From: Psammoneis japonica
Lineage: Eukaryota
Assembly (NCBI GenBank): GCA_008632985.1
Contig: QPGO01000034.1
Coordinates: 201,311-265,310 of the forward strand
Direction of reading: 5' to 3'
DNA: 64,000 nucleotides
In this document: positions 36,210 through 48,300 of the stretch, piece by piece
Layout of the letters: the number at the start of each line of letters is the position of its first letter
Position numbering within the stretch: the stretch's first letter is position 1
Made by a program: the position numbers and the translations under genes
The notes under the pieces: generated by a model
What the model saw: only the letters and a program-made list of their open reading frames with translations
Database searches by the model: none
What the model was told of the DNA's origin: nothing

Positions 36210-39200
36210 ATGGCGGAAAATGATGATTCTGACCCCCCTCCATCCAAACCAATCCTTCTGGGTGGAGAGGATGCTATGGAAGAAGATGAGGTGATGCCTT
36301 CATTCCAGACCGACGTCACGTCTACAGGGAGCGTTGAGCTGATATCTCGCATAATCACACCCTCACCTTACGCTCATCACATGACCGGGCCAGCCTCCTC
36401 GCGTTTTCGCAATGCTCTCAGTCGCGTCACCACACACCCGACCTCTGATATTGAAGCGTGGCAAGCTCTTATTACAGAAGCGAGCGCCTGTTATCGAAAC
36501 ATTCTGCCTACACTTCATTCGACTGATGCAGACACGCACGCGAAGCTTGATTGGATGGAAAGTTGTTACGGAACTCTCTTGAAGCACTTCCCATACGCTT
36601 CATCGTACTATGTCACTATTGTCGAGATGCTTCTGGCTCAGAGTGCTCGAGTAGGTGAAGAGGACGGTCCGGTTGTTGATTACGGCCTGGATCCATCACA
36701 GCGACAGCTACGGTGCGATGCTAAGGTTGACGCTATTTTTGAACGAGTCCTGGGCATTCAAATGGATGGAACTCCTGTCGACGATGCAGTGGGAGGCATG
36801 TGTACATCTTCTGTCGAGTTGTGGCTCTTGTATGTAAGAAAGCGTGTCCGGGACATCAGTCGACACGCAAATACTCTGCCATCGCAGGAAGAACGGGCAC
36901 AACTCGTACAAGAAGGAACAATCGCAGCCTACGAATTGGCTCTTTCCAATGCGTCGTTTGTCTTCAACAACCACCTCCTCTGGAAGCAGTATCTGGCGTA
37001 CGTTCAGTCTTGGATGCCCGTGCCAACTGCAGACCATGCGCTGGCACAGAAACAAATGCTTCAGTTGCGATCTATTTACAAGAGACTTGTCACTCACCCC
37101 ATGACTGGACTCGATCAGTTGTGGCAAGAGTACGAAGCATTCGAACGCGCTCAGAACGAAGCTCTTGCAACAGCACTTATTGCTGAATTCGCCCCAAAGT
37201 ACCAGCATGCACGCAGCGTTTACTTGGAGCGCGGTCGTGTCTACAACGTGATCGACTTGCAAATGGCACGTTTGGCGACGCCACCCGTAGATTCCGCAGA
37301 CGAGGATTATGCTGCTAAAATGGAGGAAGAAAACAGACTTCTCACGCTTTGGGTAAAGCGAACTTCCTATGAACGTACCAATCCGGAGCGTCTCACTCCA
37401 AACGAGTTAGTCCAGAGGATTAGACAGGCATACAAGGAAATGGCTTGTGCGTTTACGTTGCATCCAGAAGTGTGGCACATGTGGAGCATGTGGGAGATTC
37501 ATCGGACAGGTGCGGCGGAACCGGAAAAAGTGGAGTATGCGGTTGGGGTCTTGCAGCGAGCACAGGTACACATTCCAGATTCGACACTCTTGTCCTATGC
37601 CGAAGCACAAGCTGTTGAGGTGCACACTGAGAAGCCCTCTGACTGCATGGCTGTCATGGAGAAGTTCCTTGAGCGAAGTCCCAACACCTTGGGCTTCGTC
37701 CTCTATCAAAAGATGGTTAGAAGATACAAAGGAGTTGATGCCGCTCGTGCAGTCTTTGCCAAGGCCAGACGCGTTCTGCTTGATAGCAGTCACGGGGAAA
37801 CACAGAAAGAAGATACTCCCGATACTCAAGAGGGAGGCGCACAAGAGGCGACTGAAGGTGAAACTTCCGGTGCCAACAAAATCGTGGCTAGTGGTTCTGT
37901 TGATGACGGAAAGCGGCGGATGGTAACAAATCGACTGGGTGCTTCAATTGGAACTTCGAACAAACCTTACCCTACTGAATCAGCGAAACCAAATCCAGAA
38001 ACCCCGAATCCCGGGGACTTGCAAGTAACTGGAGATGTTATCGCGTCGTCTCAGATAGCTCCCGGTCCAATCACGTGGCACTTGTATGCATCGCATGCGG
38101 CTATGGAGCATTTGCTCAATCGGTCACCAGCAGTTGCTGCTCGTATCTACGAATTGGGACTCCGGAAGCATGTGTCGTTCTTGACCATACCGCCATATGT
38201 CATGAGGTACGCACAGCTTCTTTTAGAGCTTCAAGATACGGAGAACTTGCGAGCTCTTCTGACTCGAGCTGTCGCGGCTTGCGAAGCGGAAGAGGGCAAA
38301 GGGGATGCGATTGCCGACCTTTGGGATGTAACACTGCGCTTTGAATCAATTTTGAGCGGAACCACTGCAGGAAATGCGGGAGCCGTACTTGCAATCGAAC
38401 GAAAGAGACGAGCGGCACTATTGGGGCCTGACATAGAGGATGTATCGACTGGAGGACTTCTTGGTGGCGGCGATGCCGTTGTTGGAATTGGATCTCAGAA
38501 ATCGAGCCTTTCCGAACAACTGGTTCGAGCCGAAGGATATGATGTGAGTTCTATCATTGTAAACGGAATGAGTCGGACTGTGGACGTGCTAGAAATCATG
38601 GGCCTTTGGGGAAAGAGCGAAGCGACCAAGGGACCAAGAGGTGCAGGTACAAAGGGCGAAGCGGGTGATGACGAATCTGGGGGAAAGAGTGACGCCTGCT
38701 ACAAACGGAGGCTTGAGTACCAGCGCCTGATTAATGCTGGAATTTCGGCCGACCTAGCTATTGCCGGTGACGGGAACGCCCCTGGCTCGAAAATGCTGAC
38801 AGCAAGAGAACGGCTACAGCAAGCAGGAGTTGGTGGGGCTGTACAATCAGGGCAAACAGGAGCTACTGCACTTGCAATACAACAGAGTCCCGAATGGCTT
38901 AGACCTTTACTTCTGCTGTTGCCTGCTTCAAGGTATCGCAGTGCCGCAATGAACAAACCTCCACCTCACATGACTGAAATGGCTCTGTCGTCCCTTCGCG
39001 GGAGCGCACTGCCTGCGGAACGTCCAAACGGGGATGACACCGTGAATGGTTCTCGCAAGCGAAAAGCGGATGGCGCCGGAGATTCATCGGATGAAGAAGA
39101 CGGGGGATTAAAAAGCGGGGGCTACGGGAGTCAATTTCGAGCGAGACAGCGTGCCCGTCACATGGCCGAATCAGGCCAACAGAACGGAACACTTGCGGAT

Positions 39201-39215
39201 GCTTCGAGTGCCTAG
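36210..39215 (+). CDS. CSTF3: Cleavage stimulation factor 77 kDa subunit / Rna14 (HAT repeats)
   Basis: 1001-aa ORF: SVELWLLYV, LRSIYKRLVTHPMTGLDQLWQEYEAFE, VRRYKGVDAARAVF, AARIYELGL, DTENLRAL. Confidence 0.88.
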   Translation: MAENDDSDPPPSKPILLGGEDAMEEDEVMPSFQTDVTSTGSVELISRIITPSPYAHHMTGPASSRFRNALSRVTTHPTSDIEAWQALITEASACYRNILPTLHSTDADTHAKLDWMESCYGTLLKHFPYASSYYVTIVEMLLAQSARVGEEDGPVVDYGLDPSQRQLRCDAKVDAIFERVLGIQMDGTPVDDAVGGMCTSSVELWLLYVRKRVRDISRHANTLPSQEERAQLVQEGTIAAYELALSNASFVFNNHLLWKQYLAYVQSWMPVPTADHALAQKQMLQLRSIYKRLVTHPMTGLDQLWQEYEAFERAQNEALATALIAEFAPKYQHARSVYLERGRVYNVIDLQMARLATPPVDSADEDYAAKMEEENRLLTLWVKRTSYERTNPERLTPNELVQRIRQAYKEMACAFTLHPEVWHMWSMWEIHRTGAAEPEKVEYAVGVLQRAQVHIPDSTLLSYAEAQAVEVHTEKPSDCMAVMEKFLERSPNTLGFVLYQKMVRRYKGVDAARAVFAKARRVLLDSSHGETQKEDTPDTQEGGAQEATEGETSGANKIVASGSVDDGKRRMVTNRLGASIGTSNKPYPTESAKPNPETPNPGDLQVTGDVIASSQIAPGPITWHLYASHAAMEHLLNRSPAVAARIYELGLRKHVSFLTIPPYVMRYAQLLLELQDTENLRALLTRAVAACEAEEGKGDAIADLWDVTLRFESILSGTTAGNAGAVLAIERKRRAALLGPDIEDVSTGGLLGGGDAVVGIGSQKSSLSEQLVRAEGYDVSSIIVNGMSRTVDVLEIMGLWGKSEATKGPRGAGTKGEAGDDESGGKSDACYKRRLEYQRLINAGISADLAIAGDGNAPGSKMLTARERLQQAGVGGAVQSGQTGATALAIQQSPEWLRPLLLLLPASRYRSAAMNKPPPHMTEMALSSLRGSALPAERPNGDDTVNGSRKRKADGAGDSSDEEDGGLKSGGYGSQFRARQRARHMAESGQQNGTLADASSA

Positions 39216-39363
39216 TAAATCTAGTAAAAAATTCGCGACCTTAAGTGCTACGTGTAGCATCGTTTATGCTGTCGAAGAATCCCGAATTTGAACAAGTCTA
39301 GCATGGGATTTCCTTTTTATGAGGATAGAAGTTGAGACTACATACCGGTACTTCGTCTTGTCG

Positions 39364-40173
39364 TTACACAACTTCAGACAACATCTCATTCATTTCTTCC
39401 TCGGGAGGTTCATTTTGGTTTTGATAAAAATCTTCCTCCTCCCCGCCAAAATCCACATTGACCAAACAACAATCATTAAATGCGCACTCTAAATTTCGCA
39501 TGGCGGCCAAGTCTCGTTTTGTGTAAACCAACGCATTTTCTTTCAAGTATGGCAGCAACAGCCGAATGGCTCTTGCCAAACCAGACTCAACTTTTTCTCC
39601 ATAGGATAACAAAGAATTCCCCAACAACCATACATTGTGAAGATTATTCCAGTTAGATGCCAAAACATTATTGTACAAGAGCTGGGGGCAGTGCGGCATA
39701 TAAAAGATCGTGCTGGACGACACGGGGCGATAACCCCGCTCATTCTTCACCAGGACAACAAAACCAAAGTGATCTTCAAGAATTTCCTTTTCTACTTGCG
39801 ATGTACATGGGTCAAAGTAGTGGACTTTCTGTAAACTGAAGAGCTCTTTGAGGCAGAGAGCACATGCGAGTTGCCTAACAGGCGGCATCTGCTGTCTTCG
39901 AGTGAAGCTCCCGATTCCGTAGCATACCATTTCGGTCGGATGGATACGCTTCATTGAGGGCACCAAGCTAGTTTTGTAAAGGTCAGTCCGTTTCAAATCC
40001 CTTACGCATGTCTGAATCCAGCGCACAACTTGTTCTTTGTCGACATTACAAGCTTCAGAGCCGTCGTCGTCATGCCTTATTCCCAGCGTTCTGATTGGAC
40101 GCCGTCGTCCTTTTGCGATTCGTCGTTTGTCGCTCTTTGTTACAGTCTTCCACTCTTCTTCTTCCTCTGGCAT
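39364..40173 (-). CDS. SRR1: SRR1-like protein
   Basis: MVCYGIGSF, QLA, FDP, TIFYMPHC..LYNNVL..NW..LLGNS, AFND. Confidence 0.88.
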   Translation of the reverse strand: MPEEEEEWKTVTKSDKRRIAKGRRRPIRTLGIRHDDDGSEACNVDKEQVVRWIQTCVRDLKRTDLYKTSLVPSMKRIHPTEMVCYGIGSFTRRQQMPPVRQLACALCLKELFSLQKVHYFDPCTSQVEKEILEDHFGFVVLVKNERGYRPVSSSTIFYMPHCPQLLYNNVLASNWNNLHNVWLLGNSLLSYGEKVESGLARAIRLLLPYLKENALVYTKRDLAAMRNLECAFNDCCLVNVDFGGEEEDFYQNQNEPPEEEMNEMLSEVV

Positions 40174-40193
40174 GATAAGACGTTTATCTATGC

Positions 40194-40779
40194 TGTGGGA
40201 TATTGGACACTGCGCATCGTCAAAAGAGCTCCCGTAGAGGGTGTTGATCGTTTTGTAATTTATTCAGTGGATAGCAGTGATGCGCGAGGTGCGCGCAGAA
40301 TCATCGGAATTGTGGATATTCTCACACTCCCCGGCGGACGGATCACGGATGGATGTTCAAGGTGAAGGAACTGGAGTGGTCTGGACGTAACTGAGTCTTG
40401 AAGATGATTCGATGTAAGCGTGTGTGCTTGATGTGGTGCGTGCCACGTGATGTCAGCGTTGTGACGTTTGACGTTCTGAATGTTGTCTTGTTGAAGATTG
40501 AGCTCTTCCCCGCGGTGCAGACATGCGTGCGAGTAGGGGAGGATCAGCTTTCCGAGGTGAGCGAGCGTGCTGAAGGATCTGAAAGTTGGGAATCGAACCC
40601 TTGGCCTCTAACGTCGTATTGCAACCATGTGGGATTATTGGACCACTGCGCCACTCGTCACCAAAAGAGCTCCCCGTAGAGGGGTGTTGATCGTTTTGTA
40701 ATTTATTCAGTGGAACTGCTGAGTTAGCAGTGATGCGCGAGGTGCGCGCAGAATCATCGGAATTGTGGATATTCTCACA
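40194..40779 (-). mobile_element. TRIM-like miniature LTR element with tRNA-type A/B boxes
   Basis: LTRs 40628-40779 and 40194-40326 (TG..CA on minus); TGG-starting PBS-like site after the 5' LTR; GGGGAG before the 3' LTR; flanks TATGC/TGTGC. Confidence 0.8.
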
Positions 40780-41169
40780 TGTGCACGTCCTGCGTCCTGA
40801 TCTCGGAATTAGTTTTAGGATTTCTTGACTGCGACTCTGGGCCTACGGTACAGCACTTTAGCTACGGTAGTGCGGTACGGTGTGGGCGAGTGGGCCGTCG
40901 CTACTACTCCACTGCCACCACTAGAGTGGAGGCATCCGAGGTGAAAATCTGACGTGTGCATGTGGTGAAAGTGCTGAGCAAGTGTGGTGAATCATCGCGG
41001 CCGCGATGCTGAAAAGAAGACACCATTGCACCACATCATCAAAAGAATGTAAAGAGACATGAGATCACCATCATTAAGATCTACGTTAAAAATCTAAAGC
41101 ACTGGTTTTTAAACACACAATTGCATTGAAACCCCCAAGCAATCTCTCCACGAGTCGTCACCGGTCATC

Positions 41170-42690
41170 TCAAGATGTCCCACTGCCGACAGCTGGTGTG
41201 TTGCACAGGCTCCAACCACTGCCAGTGCCAGCAGCAAAAAACCTCCCACCACCACCAGACCTGGCATTGCACAAAAACTCCAACTGTCGCCAGTGTCGGC
41301 AGCAAAAAGGCTCTCACCATCAGCAGCAACACAAAGGGGGGCCTCCCACCACCGCCACGAGTGCTGGCAGCGACCAGGCTCTCCAACCCCGCCACCACAT
41401 GGCCATCTGTGCAAGCAGTGCAAAAAGGCTCCCACCACCACCAGAGCTGCCGGACAAAAAAGATCCAGCTGCCTCAACAGCCAGCAGCACACAGGCAGCA
41501 CACAGGGGCAGGTGTCGCTGCCAGGAGACAAAAAGGATCGAACCACCTCAATGGTCAGCAGCACACAGGCTCCCACCACCACCAGTGCCAGTGGTCATGC
41601 ACAGGCTCCCACCACCACAACCACCATGAGTGCCAGCAGCAATGCGCAGGGGCAGGTGTCACCACCAGATGAAAAGGATCCAACCACCTCAACAGTCAGC
41701 AGCACACAGGCTCCCACCACCACCAGCGCCAGCAGTTGCACACAGGCTCTCACCACCACAACCACCACAAGTGCCAGTGGCACACAGGGGCAGGCACTGC
41801 TGCAAGACAAAAAGGATCTAGCCACCTCAACAGTCAGCAGTGCACAGAGGCTCCCACCACCGCCCGTGCCAGTGGTCACACATGGGCTCCCACTGCCACA
41901 ACCACCACGAGTGCCAGCAGCATGCAGGGGCAGGTGTTGCCACCAGACAAAAAGGATCCAACCACCTCAACAGTCAGCAGCACACAGGCTCCCACCACGA
42001 CCAGTGCCAGTGGTTGTGCACAGGCTCCCACTGCCACAACCACCATGAGCGCCAGCAACATGCAGGAGGGCACGTGTTGCCGTCAGATGAAAAGGATCCA
42101 ACAGCCTCAACAGCCAGCAACACACAGGCTCCCACTGCCACCAGTGCCAAAGGTTGTGCACAGGCTCCCACCCCCACAACCACCATGAGCACCAGTGTCA
42201 CACAGGGACAGGCACTGCCACCAGACAAAAAAGATCCAATTGCCTCAACAGCCAGCAGCGCAGGCTCCCACCACCGCCACCAGCTCCAGCAGCTGCAGGC
42301 TCCCACTGCCACCAGCGCTGCAGCAATGGTGCACAGGCACCTGCTGCCACCAGGGCTGGGGCCCCAGTGGCAAAAGGTCCAACTGCCTCCAGCACCAGTG
42401 GCATGAGCTCCCACTGCCACAACTGCCAGTGTCTGTGCACAGGCTCCCACTTCTGCCACTGCCATGGCAGCAGCACACAGGCTCCCACTGCCACCAGTGC
42501 CCACAGCAAAAGGCTCCAACCGCCTCCAGTGCCAGCAGCACACAGGTGCCCACCACCACCACTGCCAGCAGTTGTGCACAGGCTCCCACTGCCACCACTG
42601 CCAGCAGCACACAGGCTCCCACTGCCGCCACTGCCAGCAGCAAAACACCTCCAGTCACCACCAGCCAGTGCCAGCGGCGTGCAGGGGCAC
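41170..42690 (+). repeat. Degenerate tandem array, ~140-bp period built from CACAGGCTCCCAC subunits
   Basis: AAAAGGATC-like anchors near 41531, 41672, 41811, 41950, 42090, 42229. Confidence 0.85.
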
Positions 42691-42691
42691 C

Positions 42692-43138
42692 TGCAATGTG
42701 CAGCTGCTGACAAGAGTCAACGCATCACGGCGACGTGTCACAGCCTTTAAATGTCACAAAGGGCGTGACAAAAACAACCTTTTGTCTGCATGCATGCTGC
42801 GTTGTGAATTCATGGCGGAGTGGTTCATCGCAGCCATTGGGCAGGAGGCCAGGGGTTCGAAACCCTGAGTGGGAGTTGTCTGCAGCAACGTTGATCACTG
42901 TCGAACGCGTGAAACTCTGTGCAGTTCTGTGTGTTCCTTCGCACGCACCCACACTGTTCCGCCAAAACCGTGCAGTGTCAGCACACGTTAGCAAAGAGCC
43001 GTGTGGATGCATGACACATGGGGAGGAGTGCAATGTGCAGCTGCTGACAAGAGCCAATGCATCACGGCGACGTGTTGCAGCCTTTAAATGTCACAAAGGG
43101 CGTGACAAAAACAACCTTTTGTCTGCATGCATGCTGCA
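42692..43138 (+). mobile_element. TRIM-like miniature LTR element with internal tRNA-type A/B boxes
   Basis: 110-bp direct repeats 42692-42801 and 43029-43138; PPT GGGGAGGAG at 43020-43028; CACC on both flanks. Confidence 0.8.
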
Positions 43139-44872
43139 CACCCACCAACACCAGACAAAAAGAATCCAACCACCTTGAACGCCGGCAGTGCACAGGCTCC
43201 AACCGCCGCCAGGGCAAAAGCAGCAAAAGGCTCCTGCTGCCACCAGTGCTGCCACATTCAGTTCTGCCATGCACATGAAATCTCATTTTGAAAACAATGC
43301 CATTGGACACCGGAGATGCCGCCAACGAGGCAGCTCTCTTTCAAAGTTTGCAACACGTGTTGTCACATCAAGAAGCGCGTGCTGTGGCGTGGCACTGCGG
43401 GAATGCACTGAAGACACCACCGCTGCATCGTCATCATGAAAGCACCATTTGCATTGGTCCAACGCAAATTTGAACAAGCTGGTGGTGCAACCGCCATTTG
43501 TGCCACCCCACATGACTTTGCCTGTGCAGAATCCTGCGCACAAGTTTGCAAATGCATGGAAGGACAGGCTGAGTGCAACCATTCCCCATTTGCACTGTGA
43601 CGCACACCCCCAATGTTCACAAACAAATGGCTCAATTGCACAACAAAAAAAATCATCACAAAGGAGAAAAACTGGAGGTGCACTCATGCGGTGCAATCAA
43701 GGCGTGGTTGTCATGCACAAGTTTCATCATCTGTGCACATGAAATTTGAGTGGATTCTGGGTGCCATGTGGTGGGGTTTTGTTGTCTTGTCATCTTGTCA
43801 GTTTGGCACCAGTGGTCTCTGTGGACAGCAAATGCATTTGTTTAAAACATGAATGCATGCTTGAGGTTTCAAGAGCAAAAAAACTGTCCTTAAAAGCAGG
43901 GCTCATTCTGGCTGACATCATCAATGGTCAGCACAGGAAAGCTGTTAGCTGCTGGGACATGAGCTGCCAATTGCTGACAGCTTTTTTGTTCCTCACCACA
44001 TGTTCTTTCCACCACAAGAGAACAGCTCATGATCCAGATGATTGCTTGCTTTTCACTGTGCTCCACTTTTAAGTGGTGCTTTAACACGTCATTCAAACAC
44101 ATCATCTTGTCAACAACATTGCCATGGCCAATCAACTGCTGGCTGAGCACATCAAAATGCAATCTGCCAACAAATGTCTCACCAATCCCATGTCCCAAAC
44201 ATTCATTCTGAAATGACATGCATCCCACATGCACAGACACATCACGTTCTCTTCTTGTCCTCCCATCGCCACCAACATGGGCAATGCCAAGCATTGCCTG
44301 GCATTCAACATCAACAAGAATGCCATCAAGAGCACATCTGTGTTGACTCGTGCCAATTGCCTCACCATCATGGGGAATCTCACGAATGCCATCAGCCTTG
44401 TTGAAGTCAAGACTGACAAATTCAAAGCCATGTCTGGCAAGAATTCTCTGAGCAATCTCACCCAGAACTGCCTTGATGATGCAGGCCAACTCAAGCCAAT
44501 CCAAGATGGGCCAGTTGCAGATTGTTGCCCTGATGGAGTCATGCATGCCAAGATCAAAGGCATCATCATCAATCTTGCCTCCCTCAGCAAATCAGTCAGG
44601 AACCCTGCAATCATCTTTTTCATTTTTATTTGTTCACCAAAATGGATGATGCCAATGCAACCAATGCTGCAGAAAACACAGCCAACCCATTCATGTTCAG
44701 TGGCCCAAGCAACTGCATGATGCCAGAGGATCAAGCCTGTCAGGACCTCATCTGCAACAAAAACAATGACAATGCCATCCAGGAGCCATTCAATCTCCAA
44801 GCGCCCAACTTCATGAATCCCAATGAAGCCACCATCTGTGCCAAGGCAAAAGGTGTGAGGATCAACATGCTT

Positions 44873-45350
44873 GTCACTCAAGCAGGATGCAATGTCATCT
44901 TCAATCTTCATGCCCATCATGCCTGCATTTGCAGATGACCCATTCAAGATGCTCAGCAGAGTCCATCAGACTGCTGCTCAGTCAGATGGAGCCATCCAGA
45001 TGAACAAGAAACTCTCCAACCCACCAGAGACTGCTGAAAAGGACCAAGGAGAGGCAGATGACTTGACATCAGAGACTGAGCAGGAGGAACAAAAAGCAAA
45101 TAAGAGCTGGTCACTCAAGCAGGATGCAACGTCATCCTCAATGACATCTTCATGCCCATCATGCCTGCATTTGCAGATGACCCATTCAAGATGCTCAGCA
45201 GAGTCCATCAGACTGCTGCTCAGTCAGATGGAGCATCCAGATGAACAAGAAACTCCCCAACCCACCAGAGCTGCTGAAAAGGACCAAGGAGAGGCAGATG
45301 ACTTGACATCAGAGACTGAGCAGGAGGAACAAAAAGCAAAAAAGAGCTGG
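44873..45350. repeat. ~238-bp tandem duplication
   Basis: GTCACTCAAGCAGGATGCAA..AAGAGCTGG at 44873-45109 and 45110-45350. Confidence 0.88.
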
Positions 45351-48300
45351 TGGATGACAGCGTGGAAGCACAAGCCACCACAGGAGTCAAGAAGAAAGCA
45401 GCTGCATGGAGGCAAAAAGGATTTTTGACAATCTGACAACAGCAGCAAAAGTGGTGGCAGCAGGGGCAACAACAGCAAGTTGGAGCTTCCAAGCACCAAT
45501 GGCAGCAATGTGGCATGCAGGGCACACAGCTGGGTGCCAAGTTGCCACACACAACAAACCCAAAAGAAAAAGCACAGGAAGAAAATCTCAACAAAGATGA
45601 AAAAAGTGCTGCCAGAGCAACAACACATCAAGGATGTCAGAGAAGCACACATGGATTGTTTTGGCACAATGAAACAAGCCTCAACTTGGGGAAGATTCCA
45701 AAACACAAGCAGTGTGGAAAGGTCTGCCAAAAGTGCTCCCAACACACTGCACAGCAGGAGCAGCAGCAGCAATCAACAACCACTGAACACTTCAAAATGA
45801 CATCAGCAAAGTGTGGTCCTGAACTCTGAGCCAAACCATGAAATTCATTTCTGTTTGTTTTCAAACAACGTGTGGTGTGTGCTCTTTTTGCTCAGACAAT
45901 GCTCTCTTTGTTGGGGTTGTGAGCATTTGCAAAAAACAGACAATGCTCTTTTGCTTTGATGTGTCACAGCAAAAAAAAGTTGAATGTTCTTTTTCCAAAA
46001 AATGAGCCAAAACGTGGGGTGCTTGCTTGCTCTCTTTCTTCCATTGAAGAAAAGCTTTGGGCTGCAGAAGAAATGACCAGCCAAAGCCACCCAAGTTGGC
46101 CCGAGTCAACAACACCTGAAGAGAGGTCACAGTTTGAGACTTGGGCCAATCCAGCAAAAAGCTGTTGGGGCAAGTGGAGCATCGATTGGAGATGCCACCC
46201 CAGCTGGCATGATGTCACTTGAAGAGCACAACCTTTTTCAAAGAAGATGATTTTTAAAAGGCTGCAGTGACACCCAAAATGCTGACAAAGTGAAGTTGCT
46301 TGTCAAAAATTGGATCAACAATGCTGGCATCTTTTGTGTGCACAGTTTGAGAGTCATCATGCAATTGTGAAGAACCTTGTTGTGACAAACAGCTGCAGCA
46401 TCGTTGTCTTGTGCAAACTGTTTTCAGCCACAAACGCACACTGAAATTTTCGTGAGCAAAAAAACTGTCAGAAAAAAGAAAAACTGCACACACACATTTA
46501 TTTAAACTGCGCACACTTTTAAAACTTCGAGAGCAAAAAAACTGACAGAAAAAAGAAAAACTGGAGATGCACACATGTGGAACTTCAAAAATTGTCAAGC
46601 AAAGCAACAACTGACAAACCAATGATGATGCCCGACATCACAAAAAAAGCAAACAGAACTTGAGACACCAAACCCACCTTGCGCACTGCCAGAAGAGAGG
46701 CCCCATCACCACCATGGAGCAAGCGGCCATTGCATGGGCAACAGAGCTGATGACCTGTCATTGGCCGCTCATGGTGCTGAAAGGAGTTTGGAGACTTGCC
46801 CTTGATTTCAGAAGAGGAGCAGGTGATTTTTGTGGTGTGTTTTGATTCATTGGTGTTGGGTGTTGAGCACAAGCTCTGACTGCACTGCTGCGCGCGATGC
46901 CTGCACTCATGCTGTCTTGTTTTCATCTCACCCTTTGCAGCAAGAGCACTCCAAACCCTGTCAAGTTGCTTTGCAGAATTTTTGCTCTCAAAACGTCCAC
47001 GCAGCGACTTCAAAATGAGTGTGTCAGTCTGTCCAAAATGTGAAGTGACCTCATTCTGGCCATGATGCAGACTCAGCACGAGAACCTTGCCATTCTGTGG
47101 CAGGTGCACAAGAAAGGAAAAACTGAGAAACAACAGAGGAGCAGTGCGTCCACATGTTGCATGACATTCTTGTTCACTTTCTGTTTCTGTTCTACAGAGC
47201 TGTCATGTCAAGCTGAGGGTTCTCGCCACAAGAGCTCCCGATCTTGCCACAAATGGGAAAAGAGTTGGCAGAGCAAGTGGAAGAGCAATGCAATCTCTTT
47301 TTAGAGGCAAATCAAACACAAAGAAAGCACAAGGCTTGAACAAAAGAGAACCTGCAGTGTGGGCAGATGCATTTTGGTGCCTCTGCAAAGGTGTTGATGG
47401 AAAGACATGCTGTTCAAGAGAAGCTGCAGTGATCAAGGTTGAGGCTCCAGTTGCTTGATGTTTTCTGCACCTGAAGCATGACATCAATTGTGCCTTGAGC
47501 TTGGGATCAAACAATGGCAACAATCATTTGCATTGGATCACACACAAGTTTTGAACCTCAGTCGTTTTCTGTTCTGTGACAGCAGCTCTTTGGTTTGACA
47601 ATGTCATGACTTGATTTGCAATTGGCATGAGACACCAAGTTCTTGAGTCTCTTCTCCAGTTGTGTGGTCCTGTGCATGCAGTGTCCCAAGTCTGCTCTGA
47701 AAATGTGAAGAAACAAGTGCTCTTGCTGCTCCTCCAGCCAGCGCCCATTCAACACTTTTCAACATGACAGCAGAATTTGCACAAAAGACATTTTGCACAC
47801 CACTGTGGTTCACAATCTTTTTGCTCCACAGGATCATCCCACCTGCCATGGGACAATGTTGTGATGCAGTTCTTTCAATCATGAGTGAATGAATTGATTT
47901 CCAGTCTAGCCAGGATTGATCCTCAGGAAATTCACAGAGACAAGGACCAAACAATTGCATGGCAATTGAAGCAAAATTGTAAAAAACTGATGCCTTGCTC
48001 TGCTTTCAAGAGCTTGGAATGCAGTGCAGCACTGTGCAGTGCCAGCAATTGTCACGTTCCTGCCCCAAATCTTCTTTTGTTCTTCAAAGCCCTTGAACTT
48101 TCAACAGAAGAAAGTGGTGGATGCTGGTGGAGTTCCACGCAAAGCTGTGCTGAAACAGAAAAGAGTCTCCAGCAGAAGAGGCCATGAGTTGCCATGCAAA
48201 GCCATGAAACAGAAAAGGGGCAAAGGGCAAAACAACAATGAAACAACTCTGGTTTGGTTGGCTGCTCTCCAAAGAGCCACAGAAAAGCAAACAAAACACC

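Noticed and set aside
40194..40326. Many 1-2 bp deletions in the left TRIM LTR as a biological signal
   Set aside because: The pattern is largely homopolymer shortening, compatible with sequencing/consensus error.
40575..40665. Functional tRNA gene (also 42805-42875)
   Set aside because: A/B boxes are present, but I cannot build a convincing acceptor and anticodon stem; both lie inside LTR-bounded elements.
41170..42690. CRISPR-like array
   Set aside because: Eukaryotic context, degenerate units, no unique spacers, no cas genes.
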